Source: Candidatus Parcubacteria bacterium
GTDB lineage: Bacteria; Patescibacteriota; Minisyncoccia; JACPXH01
Reading direction: 5' to 3'
Assembly: GCA_016196625.1 (NCBI GenBank)
Contig: JACPXH010000004.1
Location: 71,993 to 135,992, forward strand
DNA: 64,000 nucleotides
In this document: piece after piece, positions 29,236-39,530 of the stretch
Layout of the letters: each line of letters starts with the position of its first letter
Position numbering within the stretch: position 1 is the first letter of the stretch
The notes under the pieces: generated by a model
What the model was told of the DNA's origin: nothing
Databases searched by the model: none
The model's input: only the letters and a program-made list of their open reading frames with translations
Translations under genes and position numbers: made by a program

Positions 29236-30060
29236 CTACCGGCTGCGACGAGCCACAATTAAACGACCTGACGGCCGGTGACGCTTGCGAGTTTTCACCC
29301 CGCGGGCGGGTTTCCCCCAGGGAGTCTTGGGCCCCGGAAGTCCGATGGGCGCCCGGCCCTCGCCGCCGCCGTGCGGATGATCAACCGGGTTCATGGCGCT
29401 GCCGCGCACTGTCGGCCTAACCCCCATTAGACGCCTCCGACCTGCTTTACCAATGGCCACAGCGCCGTGCTCCGGATTCGACACGAACCCGAGTGACGCA
29501 TAACCCTGCTCTGGCACCTTACGAACTTCTGTCGACGGCAACTTCAAGTGCACCCAGCCACCCTCGTGCGCCATAACCTGCGCTGCAGCGCCGGCGCTGC
29601 GGATGAGCTGACCGCCTTTACCCGGAAACAACTCCACGTTATGCACGAAGGCGCCCACCGGAATATGTTTAAGCTGTGCCCTGTTGCCGGGCCGAAGCGG
29701 CGTTTGGGGAGCGGTCAAAACAGTATCTCCCACCCGCATGTCCTGAGCTGCCAAAAGGTAGCGCTGCTCGCCGTCAACGTAGACGACGCGAACGATGAAG
29801 GCAGTCCGGTTCGGATCGTACTCAATAGAAACAACTCGGCCGGGGATGCCAATTTTATTCTGCCGGAAGTCCACGCGGCGGTACCGCTGTTTTGCTCCGC
29901 CGCCCTTGTGCCGCACAGTAATGCCAATACCGCGCGCCCGGCCAGAGCGCCTGGCCCGGCCGAAGGTGAGACGCTTCAACGGCCTCGAGCCGGATAGGGC
30001 CGCATAGTCGACTGACGTCATCTGGCGCCTAGCCGGACTGGTTGGACGATACTGTTTCAT
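29236..30060 (-). CDS. rplB: 50S ribosomal protein L2
   Basis: L2 homology. Start at internal MKQYRPTSPARR. Confidence 0.9.
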   Translation of the reverse strand: MKQYRPTSPARRQMTSVDYAALSGSRPLKRLTFGRARRSGRARGIGITVRHKGGGAKQRYRRVDFRQNKIGIPGRVVSIEYDPNRTAFIVRVVYVDGEQRYLLAAQDMRVGDTVLTAPQTPLRPGNRAQLKHIPVGAFVHNVELFPGKGGQLIRSAGAAAQVMAHEGGWVHLKLPSTEVRKVPEQGYASLGFVSNPEHGAVAIGKAGRRRLMGVRPTVRGSAMNPVDHPHGGGEGRAPIGLPGPKTPWGKPARGVKTRKRHRPSGRLIVARRSR

Positions 30061-30431
30061 GCGCGTACCAATTCGAGCTTTTGCCCCTTGGCTATAGTAA
30101 CGATCGCTTTGCGAAACCCCGGCCGCCACCCCTGAACGCGCCCCCGCCGGCGGACCTTGCCGGGCACGTTCACCACTCGAACGGCTCTAACGGTAACGCC
30201 ATACTGCTCCACGACGGCTCTCTTAACCTGACCCTTCGTGGCCTCTGGCCGAATGCGGAAGACATACTCGCCCCTAGCCTCGCCGGCCACCGCCTTTTCG
30301 GTCGCCGGTGCTCCCATCAACACCAAAGCAGCCAAAGCACTGCCGCTTGTGCGCGGCGCTCCGGCTACCGACTCGACCGTTCGTGTCTCGCTGACTGGTT
30401 TTTTTCGTCTCGAGAAAATAGCCATACCCAT
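30057..30431 (-). CDS. rplW: 50S ribosomal protein L23
   Basis: L23 homology with N-terminal extension. Confidence 0.85.
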   Translation of the reverse strand: MGMAIFSRRKKPVSETRTVESVAGAPRTSGSALAALVLMGAPATEKAVAGEARGEYVFRIRPEATKGQVKRAVVEQYGVTVRAVRVVNVPGKVRRRGRVQGWRPGFRKAIVTIAKGQKLELVRA

Positions 30432-31087
30432 TACTTCTTATTTATGGTTTTAGCTTTTGCGCTTTTGGCGCCGTACGTGACGGCCAGAGTTTCGATGCTC
30501 TGACGCGGCACCACAACTGCGGCAAACCGAAGCAAATCCACGACATTAAGTGAACCGACCCCAATGGCTTTGGTCTTGGGCAAGTTCCGAACTGCCCGGA
30601 TCACCTCGTGCGCTCCTGTGGGCACGACCACGAGCCGGCTTGACCCCGCCGGAAGACTCGCAAAAAACCGCCCGTAGGCCTTCGTTTTTGACTCTGCCGG
30701 GAAACCCTCCACGACAAAAAACTTTTCGTCAGCGACCTTGGCCGAAAGCACTTGGCGCAGCGCAGCTTGGCGCATCTTTTTGGGAAGTGCTTTGTAATAC
30801 TTACGCTCTTTGGTCGGGCCAAACGTGATCCCACCGCCTCGCCACAGCGGCGATCTAATGGAGCCGTGTCTGGCTCGACCAGTCCCTTTCTGACGCCAGG
30901 GTTTATGGCCCCCGCCGCGAACCTCGCTGCGATCTTTAGTGTGCGCTATCACGCGCCGGCGGTTGGCCAGTTGAACAGTCAGAGCTTGATGGACCAAATC
31001 GCGGTTCACTTCTAACCCGAAAATATCGGCCGGCAGCTCAACCGTATCGACCTTCTTACCTTCCAAATTATACACCGCGGTCTCCAT
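30431..31087 (-). CDS. rplD: 50S ribosomal protein L4
   Basis: L4 homology. Confidence 0.9.
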   Translation of the reverse strand: METAVYNLEGKKVDTVELPADIFGLEVNRDLVHQALTVQLANRRRVIAHTKDRSEVRGGGHKPWRQKGTGRARHGSIRSPLWRGGGITFGPTKERKYYKALPKKMRQAALRQVLSAKVADEKFFVVEGFPAESKTKAYGRFFASLPAGSSRLVVVPTGAHEVIRAVRNLPKTKAIGVGSLNVVDLLRFAAVVVPRQSIETLAVTYGAKSAKAKTINKK

Positions 31088-31092
31088 GGGCC

Positions 31093-31680
31093 TCAGGCGC
31101 GAATTTCAAGCAGTGTGCCCCGGCTGCCTGGCACCGCTCCTCTCAAGTAAAGCAGATGCTGATTGAGATCAACTTTTATCACTTCAAGATTTTTCACCGT
31201 CACCCGTCCAAAGCCCATCCGCCCGGCCATGCGCATCCCCTTGAGCACTTTCTGGGGCGTGGTTGCGCCGATTGAACCAGGTGCTCGATGCCCGTGCTTC
31301 TGGCCGTGCGTCTTGGGCCCGCCGCCAAAGCCGTGGCGCTTGACCACTCCTTGAAACCCTTTGCCCTTGGAAACCCCGGAAACGCGCACCCGTTCGCCGG
31401 GCGAAAATATCGACACATCGATCTTCGCTCCCCGCTCGGGCCGAATCTCTCCTTCTCCTACTTGAAACTCCCGCAGCCACCGAAACCTGCCGAGGTCCTT
31501 GAAAAAACCTGCTTGGGGTTTGTTGAGACGCTTGGCCTGACCGAAAGCCAGCGCTACTGTCCGTCCGGTAACGGCACTGACCACTGCGGGTTCGGCTTCA
31601 ATAACCGTAACCGGCACGACTTCGCCGTCCACGGCAAAAAGCTGCGTCATCTCTTTTTTTGTGCCGAGAAGCATTTTCAT
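31093..31680 (-). CDS. rplC: 50S ribosomal protein L3
   Basis: L3 homology. Start at internal MKMLLGTKKEMTQLF. Confidence 0.85.
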   Translation of the reverse strand: MKMLLGTKKEMTQLFAVDGEVVPVTVIEAEPAVVSAVTGRTVALAFGQAKRLNKPQAGFFKDLGRFRWLREFQVGEGEIRPERGAKIDVSIFSPGERVRVSGVSKGKGFQGVVKRHGFGGGPKTHGQKHGHRAPGSIGATTPQKVLKGMRMAGRMGFGRVTVKNLEVIKVDLNQHLLYLRGAVPGSRGTLLEIRA

Positions 31681-31683
31681 ACC

Positions 31684-31720
31684 GTTTTGACAACACAAAA
31701 CCGGGCGCGGGCCCGGCACT
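31684..31720 (-). terminator. Terminator-like hairpin plus U-tract immediately upstream of rplC (possible attenuator)
   Basis: Minus strand reads CCGGGC-CCGC-GCCCGG then UUUUGUGUUGUC, ending ~15 nt before the rplC ATG. Confidence 0.35.
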
Positions 31721-31851
31721 AAACAGGCACGAGGTTCAGGTGTCGAATTGATAGTGCAGGGCTCTGCACCGCACCGGGATCTCGCATGAGTCCCGAACTC
31801 TCCCGCGGAGGGGATTAAAGCTCTCCGCACCAGAATTCGAAACTCAAACCA

Positions 31852-32181
31852 TCACGACATCTTAATCTCCACGTCAACTCCGGCCGGCAGCGTCAGGTTG
31901 GTCAAGGCGTCAATGGCTTTCGGTGTCGGATTGATGATATCAATCAAGCGTTTGTGCACCCGCATCTCATACTGCTCGCGCGAGTCCTTGTGCACAAAGG
32001 GCGAACGGTTAACCGTGTACCGATGCATCTCGGTGGGCAAAGGAATTGGCCCCAACACCTCGGCACCTTGACGCTGGGCGGTCTCGACGATCTGCCGGGC
32101 TGATACGTCAATGATCTTGTGGTCGTAGGCCCGAATCTTGATGCGAATGCGCGTCTGGGCTGGAGGAGATTTAGTTACCAT
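31852..32181 (-). CDS. rpsJ: 30S ribosomal protein S10
   Basis: S10 homology. Confidence 0.9.
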   Translation of the reverse strand: MVTKSPPAQTRIRIKIRAYDHKIIDVSARQIVETAQRQGAEVLGPIPLPTEMHRYTVNRSPFVHKDSREQYEMRVHKRLIDIINPTPKAIDALTNLTLPAGVDVEIKMS

Positions 32182-32237
32182 GAATGAACGTAAACCAGAG
32201 AACTTTAGTCGCGCTCAAGGCGCGGCAGCATGCCGAG

Positions 32238-33431
32238 TTACTTGATCACTTTCGTCACCACGCCTGCACCCACGGTCTTGCCTCCTTCCCGAATCGCAAA
32301 ACGCTGCTTTTCTTCAAGGGCGATGGGGGCGATGAGCTTGACGCTCACGTTCACCGTGTCTCCCGGCATCACCATCTCGGTCCCCTGCGGCAGCGTAACC
32401 TCGCCCGTGACATCGGTCGTCCGGAAGTAAAATTGGGGCTTGTAGCCGGGGAAAAATGGCGTGTGCCGACCACCTTCTTCTTTGGTTAACACGTACACCT
32501 CGGCCTCGAAATCCGTATGCGGCGTCACAGTGCCGGGTTTCGCAATGACTTGGCCACGCTCAACGTCCTCTTTCTTGGTGCCGCGCAAGAGCACGCCGGC
32601 GTTGTCGCCCGCGATGGCTTCATCGAGGGATTTATTGAACATTTCAATGCCGGTTACGACGGTCTTTACGGTCGGCCGAAGCCCCACGATTTCGACTTCT
32701 TCGTTGACCTTGACCGCGCCGCGCTCCACCTTGCCGGTTACAACCGTGCCCCGGCCTTCAATCGAGAAGATGTCTTCGATGGGCATAAGGAAGGGCCTCG
32801 CTGTTTCGCGCTGCGGTTCCGGAATGTACTCATCGAGAGCATTCACCAACTCCATGATCGGTTTTGCCTCGGGACTGTCGGCGCTGGTCGCCTGCAGGGC
32901 CTTGAGCGCCGACCCCCGGATGACCGGGGTCTTATCGCCGTCGTAGTTATACTTCTTGAGGAGCTCACGCACCTCGGCCTCCACGAGATCAATGAGCTCC
33001 GGATCGTCAACTTGATCCACCTTGTTAAGAAAAACCACGATCGACGGCACCCCGACCTGACGAGCCAAAAGAATGTGCTCTCGCGTCTGCGGCATGGGAC
33101 CGTCATAAGCGGAAACCACCAAGATGGCACCGTCCATCTGGGCGGCACCAGTAATCATGTTCTTGATGTAGTCCGCGTGCCCGGGCGCGTCAATGTGGGC
33201 GTAGTGACGTTTGGCGGTTTCGTATTCGACGTGCGCAAGGGCAATGGTGATGCCCCGCGCCTTCTCTTCAGGCGCGGAATCAATTTGATCCACCGATTTA
33301 TCTTGGGCTCGCAAACCAGCACTGCGCAGCACCTTCAAAATAGCGGCGGTCAGTGTGGTCTTGCCGTGGTCAACGTGCCCAATGGTGCCCACGTTGACGT
33401 GCGGTTTGGTTCGTTCAAATTTCTCGGCCAT
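32238..33431 (-). CDS. tuf: Elongation factor Tu
   Basis: GHVDHGKTT...DAPGH...NKVD and full-length homology. Confidence 0.95.
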   Translation of the reverse strand: MAEKFERTKPHVNVGTIGHVDHGKTTLTAAILKVLRSAGLRAQDKSVDQIDSAPEEKARGITIALAHVEYETAKRHYAHIDAPGHADYIKNMITGAAQMDGAILVVSAYDGPMPQTREHILLARQVGVPSIVVFLNKVDQVDDPELIDLVEAEVRELLKKYNYDGDKTPVIRGSALKALQATSADSPEAKPIMELVNALDEYIPEPQRETARPFLMPIEDIFSIEGRGTVVTGKVERGAVKVNEEVEIVGLRPTVKTVVTGIEMFNKSLDEAIAGDNAGVLLRGTKKEDVERGQVIAKPGTVTPHTDFEAEVYVLTKEEGGRHTPFFPGYKPQFYFRTTDVTGEVTLPQGTEMVMPGDTVNVSVKLIAPIALEEKQRFAIREGGKTVGAGVVTKVIK

Positions 33432-33506
33432 GAAAGAAAATCCTTAAAGGGTTAAGTGGTTTTAAGTGGTCTTTGGCAGACAGCCGTGAGTATTCTAGAA
33501 GAACTC

Positions 33507-33824
33507 TCAACGAGAGTCAAGGGAGCTACGCTCAAACGGCAAATCTTCCAGCTCCAGAGAAACGAGGGGGGCGCTACCTTCTTCTGGCAACTCAACTTTT
33601 GGTTCGCGCTCCCGCTCCCGCCCCTTAAAGACTTCGATGTCGCGGTTGATGCGCTCCCGAAGTTCTTCGTCCGAAAGCTGATCCGAATTCGCCGGGCCTG
33701 GCCTCGCCCCAAAGTATTCCTCAACGGTCGTCAGCACGTACTTCGGCCTCCCGTCTTCAACGATTAGGCACCGCCCGTCCCAACGCTTGAGTAACTCTTT
33801 AAGCGTATTCCAATCCATAAGCAT
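33507..33824 (-). CDS. Small acidic protein with Phd/YefM-antitoxin-like N-terminus, inserted between fusA and tuf
   Basis: CLIVEDGRPKYVLTTVEEYF resembles the Phd/YefM core (xILITRxGkPxaVLmSxEEYe). Sits 6 nt after the fusA stop. Highly charged C-terminal tail. Confidence 0.4.
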   Translation of the reverse strand: MLMDWNTLKELLKRWDGRCLIVEDGRPKYVLTTVEEYFGARPGPANSDQLSDEELRERINRDIEVFKGREREREPKVELPEEGSAPLVSLELEDLPFERSSLDSR

Positions 33825-33830
33825 CCGCCG

Positions 33831-35954
33831 CTACAGCCGGCCGGCGATAATCTCGGCTGCGACATTGGCCGGCACCTCGGCGTAGTAATCGAACTCCATG
33901 GCATACGAAGCCCGGCCCTCGGTCATGGACCGAAGCTTCGTGGAGTAGCCGAACATCTCAGCCAGTGGAACTTTAGCCGAAATCACCTTCACGCTCCCCC
34001 GCTCGCCAATGCCTTCAATGTGAGCGCGCTTCGAATTGAGATCGCCGGTGACGTCACCCATGAACTGTTCAGGTGTTATCGCTTCCACCTTCATCACTGG
34101 TTCTAGCAACACGGGATCTGCGCGCTTGGTTGCGCCCTGGAGCGCAATGGAGCCGGCAATCTTAAAGGCCGCCTCGGATGAGTCCACCTCGTGATACGAC
34201 CCATCGTACAGGGTAATTTGGAGATCTTGCAAGGGGTAACCGGCGAGCACGCCCTTCTCGACGGCCTCGATGACGCCTTTCTCAACCGCGGGGATGAACT
34301 CGTTGGGAATAACACCGCCTCTAATTTTATTGACGAACTCCACACCCTTACCCCGCTCCAAGGGTTCAACCCGGAGCCACACATGCCCGTATTGACCTCG
34401 CCCGCCTGATTGCCGGATATATTTCCCTTCGGCTTCCGCCGCCTTACGGATCGTCTCTTTATAGGCCACTTGGGGCCGGCCCACGTTCGCCGCCACTCCA
34501 AACTCCCGCTTCATCCGATCAACAATAATTTCCAAATGCAACTCCCCCATGCCGGAGATGATAGTATCGTTCGTATCGGGATCAGTCCGCACCCGAAAAG
34601 TCGGGTCTTCCTGAACGAGGCGGCGCAGCGACAAACCCATTTTTTCCTGATCAGCTTTGGTTTTCGGTTCAATTCTGAGCGACATGACCGGTTCTGGGAA
34701 GCTTGGCTTTTCGAGCACTATAGGATGATCCGGGTCGGTCAAGGTGTCGCCCGTGGTCGTATTTTTGAGTCCCACGGCCGCCCCGATACCACCGGCACCA
34801 ATGGACATAACCTCTTCCCGTTCGTTCGCGTGCATGCGCAAGATCCGACCAATCCGCTCTTTATCACCGGTTGAAGCGTTAAGCACATAAGAGCCGCGCT
34901 CAAGTTTCCCTGAGTAAACGCGGAAATAAGTGAGCTGCCCCACGTAGGGATCCGAAGCAATCTTGAAGGCCAAGGCGCTAAAGGGCTCTGTCTCCAGGGC
35001 TCGCCTCGACTCTTCTTGGCCGGTCTTTGGGTTCGTGCCCGTGACCGCGGGGCGCTCTACGGGACTGGGCAAGTAGTCAATAACGCCATCAAGGATGAGC
35101 TGCACGCCTTTGTTTTTTAGCGCCGAGCCGCAAAATACGGGCACGAGTTTAGCGGCGATGGTGGCCCGGCGCAAGCCGGCCCGAAGTTCGTCCACGGCGA
35201 GTGACTTACCTGCCAGATATTTCTCGACCAGCTCGTCGTCTGCGCCCGCGATCTGCTCAATTACGGCCTCCCGCCACCGCTCCATGTCGGCCACGTACTC
35301 GGCCGGTACTTCCTCTTGAACCACACGCTCACCGTGAGCACCCTCAAAGCGCAGTGCTTTACGCCTCAGCAAATCCACCACTCCGCTGAAGCGCTCTTCT
35401 TCGCCCATGGGAATGGTCAGCGCGACCGCATTCGGCGTAAGCCGTTCCCGGATCGAGTTGAAACTTCGCTCAAAAGAAGCACCGGTCCGATCGAGCTTGT
35501 TAATAAAGCAGATGCGCGGGACTGAATACTTATCGGCCTGACGCCAGACGGTCTCGGACTGCGGTTCAACCCCGGCCACACCGTCAAACACCACCACCCC
35601 GCCGTCGAGCACGCGCAGACTGCGCTCGACCTCGACGGTGAAATCCACGTGCCCGGGGGTATCGATGATATTGATGTGATGTTCGTGCTGATCACGAACT
35701 GCGCGCTCATCTTCACCCTCGGCAAGTTGCCACGTTGACGTCCAGAAGCACGTGGTTGCGGCCGCGGTAATGGTAATGCCCCGCTCGCGCTCTTGTTCCA
35801 TCCAGTCCATGATGGCCGCCCCCTCGTGCACCTCGCCAATTTTATGCGAGATGCCGGTGTAAAACAAAATGCGCTCGGTCACCGTGGTCTTGCCGGCGTC
35901 GATGTGGGCGATAATGCCGATGTCGCGAGTTTTTTCGATGGGGTACTCTCGCAT
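33831..35954 (-). CDS. fusA: Elongation factor G
   Basis: Start at internal [24 protein letters not shown]. Full EF-G domain set. Confidence 0.95.
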   Translation of the reverse strand: MREYPIEKTRDIGIIAHIDAGKTTVTERILFYTGISHKIGEVHEGAAIMDWMEQERERGITITAAATTCFWTSTWQLAEGEDERAVRDQHEHHINIIDTPGHVDFTVEVERSLRVLDGGVVVFDGVAGVEPQSETVWRQADKYSVPRICFINKLDRTGASFERSFNSIRERLTPNAVALTIPMGEEERFSGVVDLLRRKALRFEGAHGERVVQEEVPAEYVADMERWREAVIEQIAGADDELVEKYLAGKSLAVDELRAGLRRATIAAKLVPVFCGSALKNKGVQLILDGVIDYLPSPVERPAVTGTNPKTGQEESRRALETEPFSALAFKIASDPYVGQLTYFRVYSGKLERGSYVLNASTGDKERIGRILRMHANEREEVMSIGAGGIGAAVGLKNTTTGDTLTDPDHPIVLEKPSFPEPVMSLRIEPKTKADQEKMGLSLRRLVQEDPTFRVRTDPDTNDTIISGMGELHLEIIVDRMKREFGVAANVGRPQVAYKETIRKAAEAEGKYIRQSGGRGQYGHVWLRVEPLERGKGVEFVNKIRGGVIPNEFIPAVEKGVIEAVEKGVLAGYPLQDLQITLYDGSYHEVDSSEAAFKIAGSIALQGATKRADPVLLEPVMKVEAITPEQFMGDVTGDLNSKRAHIEGIGERGSVKVISAKVPLAEMFGYSTKLRSMTEGRASYAMEFDYYAEVPANVAAEIIAGRL

Positions 35955-35994
35955 TGAGGAAAATAAAAAAGCCCCGCGCAGCGTGTCGCCCGCC

Positions 35995-36462
35995 CTACCA
36001 CCCAAAGTGGGCGAAGGCGCGATTCGCTTCAGCCATGCGGTGGGTATCGTTTTTCTTCTTGACCGCTGCGCCCTCGTTTTTCGCCGCCAGTTCAATTTCT
36101 TGAGCCAGTTTCTCGACCATGGATCGCCCCTTCTGACTCCGGGCAGCACCAATGAGCCACCGCAGCGCCAGCGCCAGCCGCCGTTCGCCCCGCACCTCGC
36201 GCGGCACCTGATAAGTCGCTCCACCAATGCGCTTCGAGCGCACCTCCACGAGGGGTGAAGCGTTCTCTATGGCGGCCTCGAGTGCCGCGCGAGGCTCGCG
36301 TTTGGTGCTCTGGGCGACCCGCTCTAGCGCGCGATAGACGATGGCCCGAGCCACGGCTTTTTTGCCCCCCCACATGAGGGTGTTGATTAACTTGGTAATC
36401 AGCGTGGAGCCGTACTTCGGATCAAGCAGAATTTCTCGTTTGACGCTCTTGGTGCGGCGCAT
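35995..36462 (-). CDS. rpsG: 30S ribosomal protein S7
   Basis: S7 homology. Confidence 0.9.
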   Translation of the reverse strand: MRRTKSVKREILLDPKYGSTLITKLINTLMWGGKKAVARAIVYRALERVAQSTKREPRAALEAAIENASPLVEVRSKRIGGATYQVPREVRGERRLALALRWLIGAARSQKGRSMVEKLAQEIELAAKNEGAAVKKKNDTHRMAEANRAFAHFGW

Positions 36463-36486
36463 GGCGGCGTAAAATAAAACTGAAAA

Positions 36487-36897
36487 CTATTTGGGGTGCT
36501 TCGCGCCGTACTTGCTGCGCTGCTGCCTGCGACCTTCAACGCCCGTCGCATCTAAGACGCCTCGCACAATGTGGTAGCGCACCCCCGGCAGATCCTTCAC
36601 GCGCCCCCCCCGGATGAGCACAATCGAGTGCTCTTGGAGCGTATGCCCGATGCCGGGAATGTACGCCGTAACTTCCATGCCGTTGGTAAGCCGCACGCGC
36701 GCCACCTTGCGCAAGGCCGAGTTTGGCTTTTTGGGAGTCATAGTTTTAACTTGAATGCACACCCCGCGCTTCAAGGGCGAAGCGTACCGATAGGGCCGGT
36801 TCTTGAGGACGTTAAAACCACGCCAGAGCGCTGGTGATTTTGGTTTGCGGCGCGCTGTGGCTCGCGGCCGACGGATAAGTTGATGAATCGTTGGCAT
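36487..36897 (-). CDS. rpsL: 30S ribosomal protein S12
   Basis: S12 homology (PNSALRK motif). Confidence 0.95.
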   Translation of the reverse strand: MPTIHQLIRRPRATARRKPKSPALWRGFNVLKNRPYRYASPLKRGVCIQVKTMTPKKPNSALRKVARVRLTNGMEVTAYIPGIGHTLQEHSIVLIRGGRVKDLPGVRYHIVRGVLDATGVEGRRQQRSKYGAKHPK

Positions 36898-36938
36898 AGC
36901 CTAGAAACGGTACTGCTTCAGGAACGTCGTGTCAAACG

Positions 36939-37604
36939 CTATGAGCCGCCGCCATCGAAGAACGACCCCTGACCGGTAATCGCGGTAAATAAGAAGCCCG
37001 CAAGCGGCGGAATAAGAATGGTGGCCACCAACACCGCAAGCAGCAACCCGAAGACCGATCGGTTGAGCAGCCCTTCGGCCGATGGCGGCAGCACGCGAGG
37101 CAGTATGCGAGAGCCGTCCAGTGGCGCAATGGGGATAAGGTTAAAGAGAGCGATGAAGATGTTGATGTAGGCCGTGAGCCCCAGCACAAAGATCGTCAAA
37201 TTCCCCGCCTCGGCCGGGAGACCGAAACCCCGCACAGCAGCTGGCGACAAAAACCGAACGGCCAAGCCCAGGATAACCGCGACGATCAGGTTCGCGGCCG
37301 GCCCGGCGGCCGCAACCTTGAGCTCGCCCAAGCGCCCGCGCAGTGCTCGCGGATCAATGGGTACGGGCTTAGCCCAACCGATGAAGACCCGAAATGCCAA
37401 AAGCGAAAGCAGCGGCATGAGCACCGTCCCGAAAAAATCAATATGCCGGAACGGATTAAGCGTCAACCTCCCCGCTTCCTTGGCCGTGGTGTCCCCCAGC
37501 TGTTCGGCTGTCCATGCATGGGCATACTCGTGCACTATGGCCGAGAAAACAATGATGATATAAATTAGGGCGTACTGTGCAAGGCCAGAAATCACGGTTG
37601 CCAA
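36939..37604 (-). CDS. Site-2-protease family (M50) membrane zinc metalloprotease
   Basis: HEYAHA (HExxH) in a TM helix plus downstream NLIPIAPLDG. TTG start. Confidence 0.7.
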   Translation of the reverse strand: MATVISGLAQYALIYIIIVFSAIVHEYAHAWTAEQLGDTTAKEAGRLTLNPFRHIDFFGTVLMPLLSLLAFRVFIGWAKPVPIDPRALRGRLGELKVAAAGPAANLIVAVILGLAVRFLSPAAVRGFGLPAEAGNLTIFVLGLTAYINIFIALFNLIPIAPLDGSRILPRVLPPSAEGLLNRSVFGLLLAVLVATILIPPLAGFLFTAITGQGSFFDGGGS

Positions 37605-37636
37605 GGACGCGAATATTAGATAGAATTGCGGGGCTT

Positions 37637-37825
37637 ATGGCTCGCGTGTGCACTATCTGCGGCAAGGGCCCGCATATGAGCGTAACGAGAAAGCTGTTAC
37701 GCGGCAAGTATAACCCGACGGCAAAAACGAGGAAATACCCCAATTTGCAATGGGTGCGTATTGGGGGTGGCAAACGCGTGAAGGCATGCACCCGGTGTAT
37801 CAAACGGCTGGCGGTGGCAAAATAA
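37637..37825 (+). CDS. rpmB: 50S ribosomal protein L28
   Basis: MARVCTICGKGPHMSVTRK...KACTRCIKR has Cys4 and L28 homology. TAGAAT -10-like box 10 nt upstream. Confidence 0.8.
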   Translation: MARVCTICGKGPHMSVTRKLLRGKYNPTAKTRKYPNLQWVRIGGGKRVKACTRCIKRLAVAK

Positions 37826-37989
37826 CTGATGGTTGTCGAACGCTATCGCGCCACCAAACAAAACAGCGGCTCGGAGCTCGGCAGCGCTACGTGACACCCG
37901 AAGCCACCGCGTCCCGCCTGAGTAAATGAGCTCTCATTGCTTTAAGAATGTTGCCCAAGGCGCTGGGCTGGACCGGGCACAAACGATTT

Positions 37990-38063
37990 CGGGGCGTCGT
38001 ACAATGGTAGTACGCAAGGCTGGGGGTCTTGTGACCGGGGTTCGATTCCCCGCGCCCCGACCA
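37990..38063 (+). tRNA. tRNA-Pro (anticodon GGG), CCA encoded
   Basis: Cloverleaf folded by hand: acceptor CGGGGCG/CGCCCCG, D-arm GTAC-AATGGTA-GTAC, anticodon arm CAAGG-CTGGGGG-TCTTG (U33, anticodon GGG, G37), T-arm CGGGG-TTCGATT-CCCCG, discriminator A, CCA. Confidence 0.8.
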
Positions 38064-38472
38064 AGTCAGACATTGAGAGTTTTCGGAAGAAGGTACGCGC
38101 TCGCTTCGCTCGCGCGCTGGGGGGATTTTATTCTGATTTTCCGCCACAATCCGCCATTCGCCCGACCAATCCCAACCGACTTGTTTGGCAAGCAGGCGGC
38201 GGTTCGTTCCAATTTTTTCCACAAACGATTTCACCAAATTGGGCTGCCTTCATTACGAAAGCGCGGGATATATTGATTAGTTGTGCATGGCTACTCATAT
38301 ATTAATGCCCTAGGTGATGTAAGATTATTGAATCATAACGCCGCCTTGACGAAACAAGAGGTATATGCTAGGATTGCTGACAGTATCGGAGATAGTCTCT
38401 GATATGCTCTACAGCGAGAGTGTCGCTGTGCAACAGCACCTTGAATCCAAAAACGAGAGGAGGTAAAACCCC

Positions 38473-39276
38473 ATGAGGGCCGTGACGCGCGAGCAAGCCC
38501 ACTGCCAATGCACGAGAAAAGAAAGGGAAAGGGGCAGTTGCAAAGAAAACCGGAGGGTCAAGTTTCTAGATGGCAGTTCGCTTCCGTCCATTCCCTACCT
38601 CGGAGAGAGTGACTACCATCGAGGGGAATGGCCCAAGAACGAACGCTGTAGTGATTGCCGTTGTTTGCCGGGACGATTTCATCATCCCGGTTGCGACATG
38701 GAAATATGTCCGCGTTGCAAGGGGCAAGCAATCAGATGCCCCTGCCTCAACGACTGGAAGGCGCAAAAGAGACAGGAAAAACAAGCGAAGAAGAAGTCGG
38801 AGAAAGAGGCAAGAGCGACACTCGGGCAGTTGAAACGCGAGCGGCGCGAACGAAAGCGTCAGATTCTCAAACAAGACGCCGAACATCGCCGCCTGCACAA
38901 AGACGGTTACACCTTTCTCTGTAACGGTGGTCCTGCGCCGGTAGACTTCAGCGAGGACTTCGTTCAAGAAGCTCTCGTCAAGAAGTGCGTTCGGCATGAT
39001 AACGTTGCGCAGTGTTCTACGACCTATGACGGCGACGGGAAACTTATCCCAGGCGAGATATCGCTGTGGGCGAAGGTCCCAAGAGTGGTCGCTCGAAAGT
39101 CCGAGAAGACTTTCGAATTCAAGAGAGTAGGGCCAGGCACGAAACGCGCCCGCTGGACCGTCTGGTACGAGGGACACACGAAGATCAAGGGATACGGGTT
39201 GACCAAGGAGGACGCGATCTACGACTTGGAAACCCGCCACAACCATGTACGGCTCAAAAAGCTGTACCCGGACTAG
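38473..39276 (+). CDS. Cys-rich hypothetical protein (N-terminal multi-Cys/His cluster, central K/R/E-rich segment) in a low-GC islet
   Basis: Strong SD AGGAGGT 8 nt upstream. Coding GC ~52% against ~62% local background. Followed by a strong terminator. Confidence 0.55.
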   Translation: MRAVTREQAHCQCTRKERERGSCKENRRVKFLDGSSLPSIPYLGESDYHRGEWPKNERCSDCRCLPGRFHHPGCDMEICPRCKGQAIRCPCLNDWKAQKRQEKQAKKKSEKEARATLGQLKRERRERKRQILKQDAEHRRLHKDGYTFLCNGGPAPVDFSEDFVQEALVKKCVRHDNVAQCSTTYDGDGKLIPGEISLWAKVPRVVARKSEKTFEFKRVGPGTKRARWTVWYEGHTKIKGYGLTKEDAIYDLETRHNHVRLKKLYPD

Positions 39277-39296
39277 CCACCCCGAAGTTCGTTCGC

Positions 39297-39334
39297 GCCC
39301 GCCATGTCTTCGGATCTGGCGGGCTTCTTTTTAT
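39297..39334 (+). terminator. Rho-independent terminator
   Basis: GCCCGCCA-12 nt loop-TGGCGGGC followed by TTCTTTTTAT. Confidence 0.6.
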
Positions 39335-39530
39335 CCTGATAGTATTCAATTAAAGTTCGCGCGACTTTCCAAAGCGAGGGCGGGGCGGGAATTCATGTTC
39401 CCCCACACCCCTTTTTCTTCCCGCCCCGTCCGAGCGTTAAGTTTTTGGTTCCTGCCGCGCCGCCCTCCGTCGCCAAGGCTTTGGCGGGCAGGCAAAGTAG
39501 GTTCGTACTGCGTTCAGTAATTGCGACCAA

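Noticed and set aside
31681-31830. N-terminal 50-aa extension of rplC in the ORF track (start at 31830)
   Set aside because: The extension is Cys/Pro/Arg-rich with no homology and spans the terminator hairpin. The conserved L3 N-terminus begins at MKMLLGTKK (31680).
37887-38276. ORFs 37887..38237 (-) and 37926..38276 (+)
   Set aside because: They overlap the well-folded tRNA-Pro and have no SD. They are GC-rich chance frames.
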